Positions 19,162 through 29,210 of a DNA stretch of 64,000 nucleotides are shown piece by piece. The notes below the pieces were generated by a model, which searched no databases, was not told the origin of the DNA, and saw only the letters and a program-made list of their open reading frames with translations. A program made the position numbers and the translations under genes. This stretch comes from an uncultured Bacteriovoracaceae bacterium (GTDB lineage Bacteria > Bdellovibrionota > UBA2394). The stretch spans positions 30,295-94,294 of the forward strand of contig CAZRLF010000010.1 of the NCBI GenBank assembly GCA_964601045.1. Reading direction: 5' to 3'. Each line of letters starts with the position of its first letter. Position 1 is the stretch's first letter.

Positions 19162-19907
19162 ACGCCCACCTCAAAAGATTTTACAAGACTACCAACAATA
19201 AGGTTCCACCCGTCGACCAAAACAAAAAGCATCAGTTTAAAAGGCAGCGAAATCATAACTGGAGGAAGCACAAGCATACCCATTGCCAAAAGAATAGAAG
19301 CCACCACAATATCGATGACTAAAAAAGGAAGATAAATCATAAACCCAATCTGAAATGAGGTCTTAAGTTCAGAAATAATAAATGCAGGAATAATATGTGT
19401 AAGAGAAATTTCATCTTTTGTTTTTGGTTTCTCTTTTGAAATCAAACTCACAAAAAGAGCGAGATCTTTCTCTCGTGTATGTTTGAGCATGAATTCTCTT
19501 AAGGGTTTACCAGCTGCTGCTAAGGCGTCATTTTGGTTGAGCTCGTTTCGTGTGTAAGGTTGCAAGCCTTCGTCATTAATTCTTTTAATCGTTGGGCCCA
19601 TCACGACAAAGCTCATAAACAAAGCAAGTCCAACAAGAATCTGATTGGGGGGAACAGCATTTGTTCCGAGTGCGTGACGCAAAAGAGAGAATACAATGAC
19701 AAATCGAGTAAACGAAGTCATCGCCACAATAATTGAAGGAGCTAAAGATAAGAGAGTAATCAGAGTCAGAATTTGCAGTGTGCTACTAATTTCTTTAGGT
19801 CCAGCAACACCTCCGACATTGAGAGAAACAGAAGGAATCGATTGCGCCATCAAGAAGAGCGGAAGAAAAGAAAAGACAGTTAATGCTCCAGCAAACCTCT
19901 TAAACAT
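19158..19907 (-). CDS. fliP: Flagellar export apparatus protein FliP. The start is trimmed to the internal Met; the track ORF extends to 20063 in an overlap with fliO.
   Basis: The 250-aa product from ATG at 19905-19907 (MFKRFAGALTVFSFLPLFLMAQS..., a signal-like N-terminus) matches the typical FliP length. Conserved ...GTNAVPPNQILVGLALFMSFVVMGP... is present. The longer ORF would overlap fliO by ~160 nt. Confidence 0.85.
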   Translation of the reverse strand: MFKRFAGALTVFSFLPLFLMAQSIPSVSLNVGGVAGPKEISSTLQILTLITLLSLAPSIIVAMTSFTRFVIVFSLLRHALGTNAVPPNQILVGLALFMSFVVMGPTIKRINDEGLQPYTRNELNQNDALAAAGKPLREFMLKHTREKDLALFVSLISKEKPKTKDEISLTHIIPAFIISELKTSFQIGFMIYLPFLVIDIVVASILLAMGMLVLPPVMISLPFKLMLFVLVDGWNLIVGSLVKSFEVGV

Positions 19908-20196
19908 GACCAACCTCACCAACTGGAGCAGGCCCCATATCGCATAGTTTTTGAATTGAATGATCCGAGACACCCAGAAGAATCCTTTGGTTTTGAACTT
20001 CAACAACCAAAAGCTTCTTTCTGGGGTCAATCGAAAGACTTTCGAGAATGCGAACATCTCCATTCGCCGTCTTTGACCAACGTTCGGGCTTCAAATATTT
20101 CTTCATCACCCAACTCAGCGCGTAAATCACCGCAATTACTGCAGCAAGGCTGAGAAGAGTGCGAAGCAACATCATCCATGTAGAAGCCTCTGTCAT
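19900..20196 (-). CDS. fliO: FliO/FliZ-family small membrane protein (putative).
   Basis: 98 aa with a single TM helix (LLRTLLSLAAVIAVIYALSWV), in the conserved position between fliN and fliP. Confidence 0.55.
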   Translation of the reverse strand: MTEASTWMMLLRTLLSLAAVIAVIYALSWVMKKYLKPERWSKTANGDVRILESLSIDPRKKLLVVEVQNQRILLGVSDHSIQKLCDMGPAPVGEVGHV

Positions 20197-20204
20197 CGAG
20201 ATCC

Positions 20205-20531
20205 TTAACTCAACTTATCAAGTCGATCTTTGGGTGAAATAATATCAGTTAAACGAACGGCGAATTTGTCATTTAAAACGACAACCTCACCACGCGCGAT
20301 CAACTTATCGTTAACCAAAACCTCGAGAGGCTCGCCCACCACTTTGGTGAGTTCGACCACCGAACCTTGGCCTAATTGAAGCAGATCGTTTACAACCATT
20401 TTTGTTCTTCCGAGCTCAACACTCAAAGTCAGTGGAACGTCCAAAAGAAAATCAATTGAACGACTCGCTGCCTGAGCTTGAGATGCATTCAGCTCATTCA
20501 TAGGAAGATCTTGTCCGCCCTGTTCTGTCAT
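20205..20531 (-). CDS. fliN: Flagellar motor switch protein FliN.
   Basis: 108 aa. The SpoA-like C-terminus ...LTLSVELGRTKMVVNDLLQLGQGSVVELTKVVGEPLEVLVNDKLIARGEVVV is present. Confidence 0.9.
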   Translation of the reverse strand: MTEQGGQDLPMNELNASQAQAASRSIDFLLDVPLTLSVELGRTKMVVNDLLQLGQGSVVELTKVVGEPLEVLVNDKLIARGEVVVLNDKFAVRLTDIISPKDRLDKLS

Positions 20532-20562
20532 TTTTCATTCCTCCAAAAAATTTCTGATCTCA

Positions 20563-21564
20563 TTAAGAATTCTCAATCTTAGGTTGAATAACCGACTGAA
20601 TTTGGACAGCTTGCTGCCCACAGTGCGTACCCAACGTAACATTAAATTTATTTACACCCTCAAGTTTCATAGGAATTGGATCAGCAATATAAGAACTTAA
20701 CTGAACCGTATCGCCTTCATTTAGTTTAAGAATATCTCTCATCGTCACCTGAGTTTGCCCAAGCACAACATTCATCTCGGCTTTTGATTGCTTTATAGAA
20801 TCAGTCAGCCATATCTTCCAATTAGGATTGGGTTGTGTTTGCTCAACGAATGTATGGTCAGAGAGCAATTCCTTAACTGGATCTAAAGCAAACAAGGGGA
20901 TAACAATCTGCATCTTTGAAGTTACATCTTCAAAAGTGATTCCGATATCGGTAACGATAACCACATCAGAAGGTGCGACGATACTTACATACTCAGGATT
21001 CGTATCGGTTCTCACAAATTCAAAATTGAGTTCGTGAATTGTTGACCAGGCTTTTTCAAGATCAGATGTACAATAGAGCACAAGCTTCTGGATCATCTTA
21101 AGTTCGATCGAAGTGAAATCACCTTCTTTTTTTCTAAACTGGCTTGCTCTTCCACCACCAAAAATATTATCGATCAGGGTGTAAACGAATGCGGGCTCCA
21201 ATGAAACAATGGCCTGTCCGATAAGTGGAGAAAGTCTTAAGATCGTCAAACACGAAGGTACCGATAGGTTTGAAATCCACTCACCATATCTCTGCATTTC
21301 AGTTTGAAGATATTCAACCAACACAACTTTTCGAACGAGACCTGAAAGAGTTTGACGATAAGTTCTCTGAAATCGGTCGAAGATAATTTTTAGACCAGGC
21401 ATCCGCGCGCGAACTAATTTTCGCTGCTGAGTAAAATCGTACTTTTGATAGTTTTGACTTACTCCCACCCCTGTCTCAACGGACACATCTCCCGCTCTTA
21501 CCGCATTTAAAAGCGAGTCGACCTCACTCTGGGACAGAATTTTTTCGTTTTTATCGTCGGCCAC
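20563..21564 (-). CDS. fliM: Flagellar motor switch protein FliM.
   Basis: 333 aa with the N-terminal CheY-P-binding motif LSQSEVDSLL, followed by middle and C-terminal FliM domains. Confidence 0.9.
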   Translation of the reverse strand: MADDKNEKILSQSEVDSLLNAVRAGDVSVETGVGVSQNYQKYDFTQQRKLVRARMPGLKIIFDRFQRTYRQTLSGLVRKVVLVEYLQTEMQRYGEWISNLSVPSCLTILRLSPLIGQAIVSLEPAFVYTLIDNIFGGGRASQFRKKEGDFTSIELKMIQKLVLYCTSDLEKAWSTIHELNFEFVRTDTNPEYVSIVAPSDVVIVTDIGITFEDVTSKMQIVIPLFALDPVKELLSDHTFVEQTQPNPNWKIWLTDSIKQSKAEMNVVLGQTQVTMRDILKLNEGDTVQLSSYIADPIPMKLEGVNKFNVTLGTHCGQQAVQIQSVIQPKIENS

Positions 21565-21579
21565 AGCTCACTCCCTTTT

Positions 21580-22131
21580 TTACTGAACTACGAAATCGGT
21601 AAAATAAACGCGCTTGATTCGGCCCGTCACCAGGACCTTGTTTACACGCGTAAAAATCTCATCCTTGAGAATTCTTTTTCCGTCAGAAGTTTCGATGTCA
21701 GTCTGTCTCTTGGAGCTCAGTAAAATAAGTAGTTCATCTCGAATTTGAGAAAGACGGCTTTCGATTTCAGTTTTGACGGTTTCATTTTCGAGTTCAAACT
21801 TAATCTCGAGTTTGAGATAGCGAGGACCTCGACCATCATCGATGAGATTGATAATAAAGGGCTCTAAACCAAACTGAGGACCCACAAGAGTTTTCGGATC
21901 ACTCACCTTCGAAGGCTCAACTTTTTGCTCAGAAGCCGTCGGAGGCGCTGCCTCTTCTTCGGTTTTTTCGTGTGATGAGGATGAACTCATCATTTTAAAT
22001 ACAACGATTGCACCGGCTATAAGAACAACCTGACTTGCGATAAGAATAATCACCCATAAGGGTAATTTTTTCTTCTCTCCACCTTCTTCAGGCGTTGCTG
22101 GTGCTGCATCTTTTTCTGCTTTATCAGCCAT
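21580..22131 (-). CDS. fliL: Flagellar basal-body-associated protein FliL. The start is trimmed to Met15 of the track ORF.
   Basis: GGGGGAGAGG lies 5-6 nt upstream of ATG(22129-22131), which begins MADKAEKD.... There is a single TM helix, and the C-terminal FliL domain ...LEPFIINLIDDGRGPRYLKLEIKFELE is present. Confidence 0.8.
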   Translation of the reverse strand: MADKAEKDAAPATPEEGGEKKKLPLWVIILIASQVVLIAGAIVVFKMMSSSSSHEKTEEEAAPPTASEQKVEPSKVSDPKTLVGPQFGLEPFIINLIDDGRGPRYLKLEIKFELENETVKTEIESRLSQIRDELLILLSSKRQTDIETSDGKRILKDEIFTRVNKVLVTGRIKRVYFTDFVVQ

Positions 22132-22191
22132 TTTTACCTCTCCCCCAAAACTCGACACCGTGCAAAAACGCACTTGTCCGGGTGCTTTTAG

Positions 22192-22208
22192 AGCAAGGGT
22201 TGTACCAA
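22192..22208 (-). promoter_or_regulatory. Candidate sigma-54 promoter of the fliL-to-fliA operon.
   Basis: The minus strand reads TTGGTAC-aaccc-TTGCT, compared with the consensus TGGCAC-N5-TTGCW. GG-N10-GC spacing is exact. It lies ~60 nt upstream of the fliL ATG. Confidence 0.5.
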
Positions 22209-22371
22209 GTTTTAACCGCTCGTAAACTACTGAAATTTAAAGCTAAATTAATTGTCAGCTGAGATCGCCGCATCAAAAGCGCATCAAATCGTCAGTTTAT
22301 TGAATCTTATTCGTCAAAGTGGTGACGAAGATCTTTAACGCAGTGCGCTGACAGCTTGTCCTATATATAAA

Positions 22372-23472
22372 TTAAGCCACATCTACTTCGACATATGGCT
22401 TTCGTTTTCCGCGCCATACTTTAAGTGAGGTCTGCGGGCGACGACCACTACCATATTCAATCATAGCAAATGAACAAACTAAGCTTGCCCCTAACCTGTC
22501 AACTTCAAGGTGGGTCATCTGATTCCAAGTTCCTGTATTAATATATTCTTTATTGTAGTCAAACCTTCGGAATGTCGGACGATGATTGTGACCAAAAATC
22601 ACAGTATGGATATCATCTCTGGTCATTAAAATTCTTTCGGCAGATTCATCAAGATCCGGAAACACCGGAGCTTCAAATAAAATTTTTAAAGTTGTTCTCA
22701 AGGTATTCAAGCGCCGAGGATCACCTCTAAAATTTGATTTAAAGAAAAATATAATAATCTCCCAAATAACGCGCATTCCAAATCTAAAGTCGTAAATCAT
22801 AAGCCACTTCAGATAATCCCCAAATGGTAGAACCTTATCGAAGTGAGGCTTCTTTCTTTTAATTTTATTAATCACGTGCACCAGAAAGAAAGTACCCCAA
22901 GGTTGATTGAGAACCGGCTCGGGCAAACCTTCGGTCAAAAAATATTTTTCGCGATCAAACTGATTAGCCGTCTCGTACTGGTTGCCATGTTCGACATAAA
23001 CTCCATCAAACTCATAAGATTCTAAAAAGAATCGAGTGCCTTCACCAACAAAGGATCGGATCAGCTGCTGCACCGATGGAAATAAAATTCCCGGATCATG
23101 ATTACCCATGATAAAGGTTACATTCTTTGATTCAAGCGACTGAAAATATCTTAGAGCATTCATCGTCGCTTTATGGCCTTCAAGAATTCGAGTCATTCGA
23201 CGAATGACGACAAGTTCGGTCAAAACATCAGCATCAATCTCGTCATAATCAATCTGAAGAAGATTAAAAAAATCTCCATTTAAAATGAGTTCAACTTCTG
23301 CATTTTCGTAGGTTCCAGAACTGAAGTGTTGAATAAATTCGATAAACTCTCGATCATGAAAAAAGTCTTCGAGAATATTGACCGAGCCATCGAGATTTCT
23401 ATGACCAGCACCAAGATGAAAGTCTGAACAAACGAGTTTGATTTTGTGAGGCGTGATATTGCCTTGAGACAT
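22372..23472 (-). CDS. Calcineurin-like metallophosphoesterase (366 aa).
   Basis: Metal-binding motifs D-x-H (CSDFHLGAGH), GDFFN, GNHD and a later GHNH all occur in the expected order. Confidence 0.7.
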   Translation of the reverse strand: MSQGNITPHKIKLVCSDFHLGAGHRNLDGSVNILEDFFHDREFIEFIQHFSSGTYENAEVELILNGDFFNLLQIDYDEIDADVLTELVVIRRMTRILEGHKATMNALRYFQSLESKNVTFIMGNHDPGILFPSVQQLIRSFVGEGTRFFLESYEFDGVYVEHGNQYETANQFDREKYFLTEGLPEPVLNQPWGTFFLVHVINKIKRKKPHFDKVLPFGDYLKWLMIYDFRFGMRVIWEIIIFFFKSNFRGDPRRLNTLRTTLKILFEAPVFPDLDESAERILMTRDDIHTVIFGHNHRPTFRRFDYNKEYINTGTWNQMTHLEVDRLGASLVCSFAMIEYGSGRRPQTSLKVWRGKRKPYVEVDVA

Positions 23473-23486
23473 TTATCACCTCATGG

Positions 23487-24284
23487 TTAGGGCGTTGGGG
23501 TCGGGCTCACTGTTGCAGAGACAGAAGGAGGCTGAAGAGATTGCGCCGGCATCGTCGGGGCTTGAGTCACCATGGGAACATCCGATGGCTTTGCTGGAGG
23601 CAAAAGTGGCAGCGGACCTTCAGAAGTAGAAGAAGGCGCTGGCACTGGAATCGCCGGAGTAAGTTGATTAGTACTGGAGTCCACATTATTTTTAATCAAC
23701 TTCACGAGCCCTCTTTTACCAACGAAAGATGCAATCTGATTTTGAGTTTCTTCTAAACTTCTATTTAAAGAAACAGTGAGAGTCATATTACCTCGCCCCA
23801 TCCGAAATGAATTTACAGGAGTTCCCAAGGTCTCTTGAATGTATTTAAGCAAATCAACTGTATTAAATCTGATTTCATCTGGAAGCCAATTCACTTCAAA
23901 AGTTGCAACCTCACCAGTAAAAGAAGGAGGCGAAGTTTCTACAGGTTGATACGCTATATCGACTTTATATTTTTGTTTAAGCACACTAGCATCACTTTTT
24001 TCTTCAATAACTTGATATGTTTTCACATATTGAAGCGCCGATTTAATCTTTTGCTGTCGTTCTTTAGCGTCCATCGTTGCTGGTAAAACCTGATCAAGCG
24101 CTTTTTCAAAAGCTTGCTTCTGAGCAACAGCTTTGGCTTCTGCAATATTATTATTGTCGACAGGTACTTCAATATCGACGATTACAGATTTTGCTTCACC
24201 TTCCGCAAAAAGACTCAACGGCAAGATTAAACTTATAATGGTAAAGGTATATAATCCGAAATGACGAAACCAAATTTTTTCCAT
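23487..24284 (-). CDS. Hypothetical secreted protein with a Pro/Thr/Ser-rich C-terminal tail. The start is uncertain because the ORF overlaps the hflX 3' end by 52 nt.
   Basis: Signal-like N-terminus ([17 protein letters not shown]). The C-terminus reads ...[56 protein letters not shown]. Confidence 0.45.
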   Translation of the reverse strand: MEKIWFRHFGLYTFTIISLILPLSLFAEGEAKSVIVDIEVPVDNNNIAEAKAVAQKQAFEKALDQVLPATMDAKERQQKIKSALQYVKTYQVIEEKSDASVLKQKYKVDIAYQPVETSPPSFTGEVATFEVNWLPDEIRFNTVDLLKYIQETLGTPVNSFRMGRGNMTLTVSLNRSLEETQNQIASFVGKRGLVKLIKNNVDSSTNQLTPAIPVPAPSSTSEGPLPLLPPAKPSDVPMVTQAPTMPAQSLQPPSVSATVSPTPTP

Positions 24285-25546
24285 TGCTCAACTCTCTTTA
24301 CCGGTAAATCGACAGTCATCTCGACAAAGTCCGGTTTATAATCTTCTTTAATAATTCTACCCTCTCGATGAACAACCGCCAATAAATCTCCTCGGCCCTG
24401 CGGCAAGACAATTTTGACCTGAATATAATCGCCTGCCAAGCCATCAGCAATTCTTTGCAATAAAGCTTCTACATTTTCGCCTGTTAAGCCAGAAACAAAA
24501 ACTCGTCGAGAGCTATGCCCGAGCTTAGGAGAATCCTCAGAAATTCGGTCAATTTTGTTAAAAACTTCCAAAATGGGATTCGAAAGACAATCGAGTTCTA
24601 TCAAAACCTGCTCGGTCGCACGCTTATGACTTTCCCAGAGTGGATTTGAAGCATCAACAACATGAAGCAGAAGATCTGCCGTTTGAGCCTCTTCGAGGGT
24701 TGACTTAAAAGCTTCAATCAATTCGTGGGGAAGTTTTCGAATAAACCCCACTGAGTCAGTCAGCAAAACTTCTCGATGATTGGGAAGCATCACCTTTCGA
24801 GTTGTAGGATCAAGAGTCGAAAAGAGTTTATTAGCTTCAATAACATGGGCTTCGGTAAGACGATTAAAAAGAGTTGATTTACCTGAGTTAGTGTACCCGA
24901 CAAGGACGACATGCTGAACCTGAGCCTTTTTTCTTTTATCACGCTGCAGATGCCGAGTGTTTTCAACTTTGGAAAGCTCTTTTTTAAGACGAGAAATTTT
25001 TTCTTTAACAAGACGCTTGTCGATTTCAAGCTGAGTTTCTCCAGGACCTCGAAGACCGATACCCCCTTTTTGTCTCTCTAAGTGCGTCCAAAGGTGAGTC
25101 AGTCTCGGCAAAGTGTAGATGAGCTGTGCCAGCTCAACTTGGAGCTTTCCCTCTCGGCTCTGGGCACGACGAGCAAAGATATCGAGAATAAGAGCATGTC
25201 TGTCAATCGTTCGAACCCCAAAAACACCTTCAAGATTTCTCGCCTGACGAGGAGACAACTCGTCGTCAAAAATTACGAGATCAATTTTAAGTTCTTCACA
25301 GGTTTTGGCGATCTCTTCGGCTTTACCTTTATTAATATAGGTCCCAGGGTTAATGCGGTCGAGACGACAGGTGACCATATCGATCACGTCACCTTCAGCC
25401 GACATAGTGAGCTGCCTTAATTCTTCAAGAGTATCTTCGACGTCGGGCTCAGTAAACTCACGACGACTTTTCAATTTGGGATTAAATGTACCTACGAGCA
25501 AAGTTCTCTCGCGGCCTTCCATGGTCTGTTTTTCAAATGTATTCAA
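24233..25546 (-). CDS. hflX: GTPase HflX.
   Basis: 437 aa. An N-terminal HflX domain is followed by a G domain carrying [15 protein letters not shown] (G1), DSVGF (G3) and NKID (G4). Confidence 0.9.
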   Translation of the reverse strand: MNTFEKQTMEGRERTLLVGTFNPKLKSRREFTEPDVEDTLEELRQLTMSAEGDVIDMVTCRLDRINPGTYINKGKAEEIAKTCEELKIDLVIFDDELSPRQARNLEGVFGVRTIDRHALILDIFARRAQSREGKLQVELAQLIYTLPRLTHLWTHLERQKGGIGLRGPGETQLEIDKRLVKEKISRLKKELSKVENTRHLQRDKRKKAQVQHVVLVGYTNSGKSTLFNRLTEAHVIEANKLFSTLDPTTRKVMLPNHREVLLTDSVGFIRKLPHELIEAFKSTLEEAQTADLLLHVVDASNPLWESHKRATEQVLIELDCLSNPILEVFNKIDRISEDSPKLGHSSRRVFVSGLTGENVEALLQRIADGLAGDYIQVKIVLPQGRGDLLAVVHREGRIIKEDYKPDFVEMTVDLPVKRVEQWKKFGFVISDYIPLPL

Positions 25547-25610
25547 GCACTCTTACTTTAGAAGTGGTTCGGGAGTTTTGGAAGGCATTTTTTCTGAGTA
25601 GAGGCACAGT

Positions 25611-28600
25611 TTAATGCAGACTCACCGAGCCCGGACCAAACTCGACCTCAAACCAGCTCACAAGTTCAGGATGAACCTGAACTTCAAACGGCGCATTCAT
25701 AGTGACATGCGATCTTTGAAGTTGAATTCCTCCGACATCTCCCTGAACAGGAATATTCACTTTCATCTTGATCGTGCCAGGATATTTGCGAAGTTTTTCG
25801 GGAAGAGCCTCTAATTTAGCGACTAGATCTGGATGTTTTAAATTTAAATGCATCTCCGAAAACTCTACATTTGAAAGATCTGAAATTTCTCGCGCTAAAA
25901 TCTTGGTCATATCGGCTTCTTTGCTAACTTGACCACGAACCAGTAAAAGACGATCGGCACCAAGAAGACTACCCTTCTTTTGATAGAGATCTGAAAAAAC
26001 AACAACCTCAAGACTTGCATCGCGATCTTCAAGTGTTAAAAAGGCCATCTTCGTACCCTTCTTGGTCATGATTTCTTTAAATGAATTCACCAGACCTGCA
26101 ATCGTCACTTCAACATCTTTAGGCGGAGCAGGTCTTTCGATAATTTCGCTAATCGATTTCGTCTTAAAACTTTGAAGTAAAGGCTCAAAAGATTTGAGTG
26201 GATGTCCGGTAATATACGTTCCAAGAAGATGTTTTTCGTCATTGAGACGAATACGATCAGGCCACTCTTCTAATTGTTTTAACTTTGGCTTAGCGGCAAA
26301 GAGAGCGATCTGGCCACCCGCTTTTGATTTTCCATTCGCCGCCGAAGCTGACATCAGCGATTCGAGCGAAGAAAACAAAGTGGCGCGGGTCGATCCCAAA
26401 CCATCCATTGCACCAGAACGAATTAAGCATTCAAACGACCTTTTATTCAGAACATCTTGCGAAACACGCGCAAAGAAATCTTCCGGATTCTTGAATTTTC
26501 CGTTTCGCTTGCGCTCTTCATAGATCTGCTCAGCGGCCTTCTCTCCCAAATTTTTGACAGCTGACAATCCGTAACGGACATGGACTTTACCGTCTTCTTC
26601 TTCGAGCGCAAAATCGGGCTGAGAAAAATTAATATGAGGAGGAAGAACTCGAATATTGCGTGATTCTGAGTTTCGAATAATTAAACCCATTTTTTCAATA
26701 TCTTCAGATTCTGAAGATAGTAGAGAAGCAAAAAAAGCTTCGGGAAAGTAAGTCTTTAAATAAGCCGTCTGAACAGTAACCATTGCGTAAGCAGCGGCGT
26801 GAGACTTATTAAATCCGTACTCAGCAAATTTAGACATCAAATCAAAAATCTTTTGGGCCAAAGCTTCAGGGTGCTTTAACTCAAGAGCTCCCTTCACAAA
26901 TCGCTCCCGCTGCTGAGCCATCTCAGAGGCTATCTTTTTACCCATCGCTCGTCTGAGCAAATCGGCTTCACCAAGTGAATAGCCTGCCATCACATTTGCG
27001 GTCTTCATAACTTGCTCTTGGTAAACAAAAACTCCGTAAGTTTCTTTAAGCAAGGGCTCTAAAACTTTTGCGTCATAGGTGATCTCTTTTCGACCAGCTT
27101 TACGCAAAATAAAGTCATCAATCATCCCCCCTTCAATCGGGCCTGGTCGATAGAGAGCTACGATAGCGATAATATCCTCAAGACAAGTCGGACGCAGACG
27201 TCGAATAACATCGCGCATTCCTGAAGATTCTAGCTGAAAGACCCCCATCGTATCGCCAGTTGAAAGTTCAGCCATAACCTTGGGGTCACTGTAGTCAATT
27301 TTAAGCAAATCAATTTCTTTGCCAGTACGTTGAATACATTCTTGAATAACAGTGAGGTTTCTTAAACCCAGGAAGTCAAATTTAAGGAGACCGATTTTTT
27401 CGATCCCCTTCATTTCAAATTGGGTAACAATTTCGTCGTCAGTTCCTCGATAGAGCGGAACATATTTAGTGAGAATATCATCCGCGATGACAACACCAGC
27501 CGCATGCACAGAGGCATGGCGATTCACACCCTCAAGTCTCTCAGCAATTGAAAGAAGTTGATCAGCCTTGGGATCTCGAGCTCTTAAAGCATCAAATCCA
27601 GGTTCCATCTGAAATGCATCTTTCAAAGTAATATTGAGAACATTTGGAACCAACTTTGCAATGGCATCGACATCTGAGTAAGGAATTCCAAGCACACGGC
27701 CCACGTCTCGAATGACCGCCTTCGATTTCATTTTTCCGAAAGTAATAATTTGAGCAACCTTTAAACGTTCTTCTTCAGGAACTTTATCTTCTGGAGCGGG
27801 CTTTAGATTATATTTTTCACGCACATAATTAATAACGTGCTCCCGTCCCTTGATACAAAAATCCACGTCAAAGTCAGGCATGCTCACCCGCTCTGGATTC
27901 AAAAATCTTTCAAAGAGTAAATTATATCGAACCGGGTCAATATCAACGATCGAAAGACAGTAGGCAGCCAGACTTCCTGCTCCTGAACCCCGTCCGGGTC
28001 CAACCGGAATATTATTATTTTTACTCCATTGAATAAAATCTGCGACCACCAAAAAGTAGTCCGAAAATCGCATCTTGCAGATGATCTGATATTCTTCTTC
28101 AAGACGATCCCGATAAATTTTTTCAAGCTCCTGCATTTTTTCGGGAGGATTGAGAGCCTTCAGAAGTTCGAGCCGCTTAACCAAACCTTTCTGACATTCA
28201 TCATAAAGCTTTTTGTCAGTATCAATACCTTCGCCATATTGAGGAATATGGTAAGTACCCATCTTCCAATCAAATTTTACTCTCTCAAAAATTTCATCAG
28301 ACGTCTGAAGCCATTCAGGATGATCATGAAATATAGCGCGCATCTCATCGGGGCTTCGCAAGTAAAAATCGCTTGAAGGAAGTCGAGGTCGGTCTTCTTC
28401 TTGTAAAGTATTGGCTGTTCCAATGCTCAAAAGAACTTCGTGAGCCAGATGGTCATCTTGCTTAAGATAATAAGTCGGCTGAGTGGCAACGTTTTTTCCA
28501 TACGTCTGCGCTAATCGTACTGCCGCCTCTTCGCCTTTAGCGCCTTCATAACGATGAACCTCAAAAAATAAATTCTCTTTTTTCCATTTAGAATAAAAAG

Positions 28601-29012
28601 CCTCTCCAGTTTCAAGTTGTGGATGATCAGGAGAAATCAAAAGAATCAAATCTTTTTGCAAACTGAGAAGGCGATCAAGCGTTAGAGTTTTTAAAGAATA
28701 CGAACTCAAAATGAGACAAAGGTTTTGATAGCCATCTAACGATGTGACTAAAAAACTACAAATGCCTTTGCCTTTAACTTTGGCATCGAATTGATTTTCA
28801 TGCAGAAAACTCAGAGAAATACTCGTCCCTAAAATAGGTTTGAGTCCGGCTTTTTTCATCTGAGTATAAAAATCGAGCCAACCAAACCCACAATCAAAAT
28901 CCGTCAGCGCTCCACCAGCATACCCCAAAGCTTTTAAACTTTCGCAGTATTCCTCAACGCTCACCATCGCCTTTAAAAGTGAGAAATCGCTATGTAACCT
29001 TAAGGGAACCAT
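25611..29012 (-). CDS. dnaE: DNA polymerase III alpha subunit DnaE.
   Basis: 1133 aa. N-terminal PHP domain, a polymerase core (...PDFDVDFC..., ...GLLKFDFLGLRNLTVI...), and an OB fold near the C-terminus. Confidence 0.97.
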   Translation of the reverse strand: MVPLRLHSDFSLLKAMVSVEEYCESLKALGYAGGALTDFDCGFGWLDFYTQMKKAGLKPILGTSISLSFLHENQFDAKVKGKGICSFLVTSLDGYQNLCLILSSYSLKTLTLDRLLSLQKDLILLISPDHPQLETGEAFYSKWKKENLFFEVHRYEGAKGEEAAVRLAQTYGKNVATQPTYYLKQDDHLAHEVLLSIGTANTLQEEDRPRLPSSDFYLRSPDEMRAIFHDHPEWLQTSDEIFERVKFDWKMGTYHIPQYGEGIDTDKKLYDECQKGLVKRLELLKALNPPEKMQELEKIYRDRLEEEYQIICKMRFSDYFLVVADFIQWSKNNNIPVGPGRGSGAGSLAAYCLSIVDIDPVRYNLLFERFLNPERVSMPDFDVDFCIKGREHVINYVREKYNLKPAPEDKVPEEERLKVAQIITFGKMKSKAVIRDVGRVLGIPYSDVDAIAKLVPNVLNITLKDAFQMEPGFDALRARDPKADQLLSIAERLEGVNRHASVHAAGVVIADDILTKYVPLYRGTDDEIVTQFEMKGIEKIGLLKFDFLGLRNLTVIQECIQRTGKEIDLLKIDYSDPKVMAELSTGDTMGVFQLESSGMRDVIRRLRPTCLEDIIAIVALYRPGPIEGGMIDDFILRKAGRKEITYDAKVLEPLLKETYGVFVYQEQVMKTANVMAGYSLGEADLLRRAMGKKIASEMAQQRERFVKGALELKHPEALAQKIFDLMSKFAEYGFNKSHAAAYAMVTVQTAYLKTYFPEAFFASLLSSESEDIEKMGLIIRNSESRNIRVLPPHINFSQPDFALEEEDGKVHVRYGLSAVKNLGEKAAEQIYEERKRNGKFKNPEDFFARVSQDVLNKRSFECLIRSGAMDGLGSTRATLFSSLESLMSASAANGKSKAGGQIALFAAKPKLKQLEEWPDRIRLNDEKHLLGTYITGHPLKSFEPLLQSFKTKSISEIIERPAPPKDVEVTIAGLVNSFKEIMTKKGTKMAFLTLEDRDASLEVVVFSDLYQKKGSLLGADRLLLVRGQVSKEADMTKILAREISDLSNVEFSEMHLNLKHPDLVAKLEALPEKLRKYPGTIKMKVNIPVQGDVGGIQLQRSHVTMNAPFEVQVHPELVSWFEVEFGPGSVSLH

Positions 29013-29210
29013 CAGGCCTATTTGACCTAGTCATTGAACTTGAGTCCACAGAAGGTTGACCCCAGTTCTAAACTACTATTTAAATATGGTCGGGCTTAGG
29101 TAATTGGATTTTTTAAAGCAGATTCCGAATCCAAAAAACACAATTATTTCGACACCTTATTGGGGGTCGGTATAGAACTTGCTTTAGTCAGGCTTAGGGG
29201 AAGATAGAGT

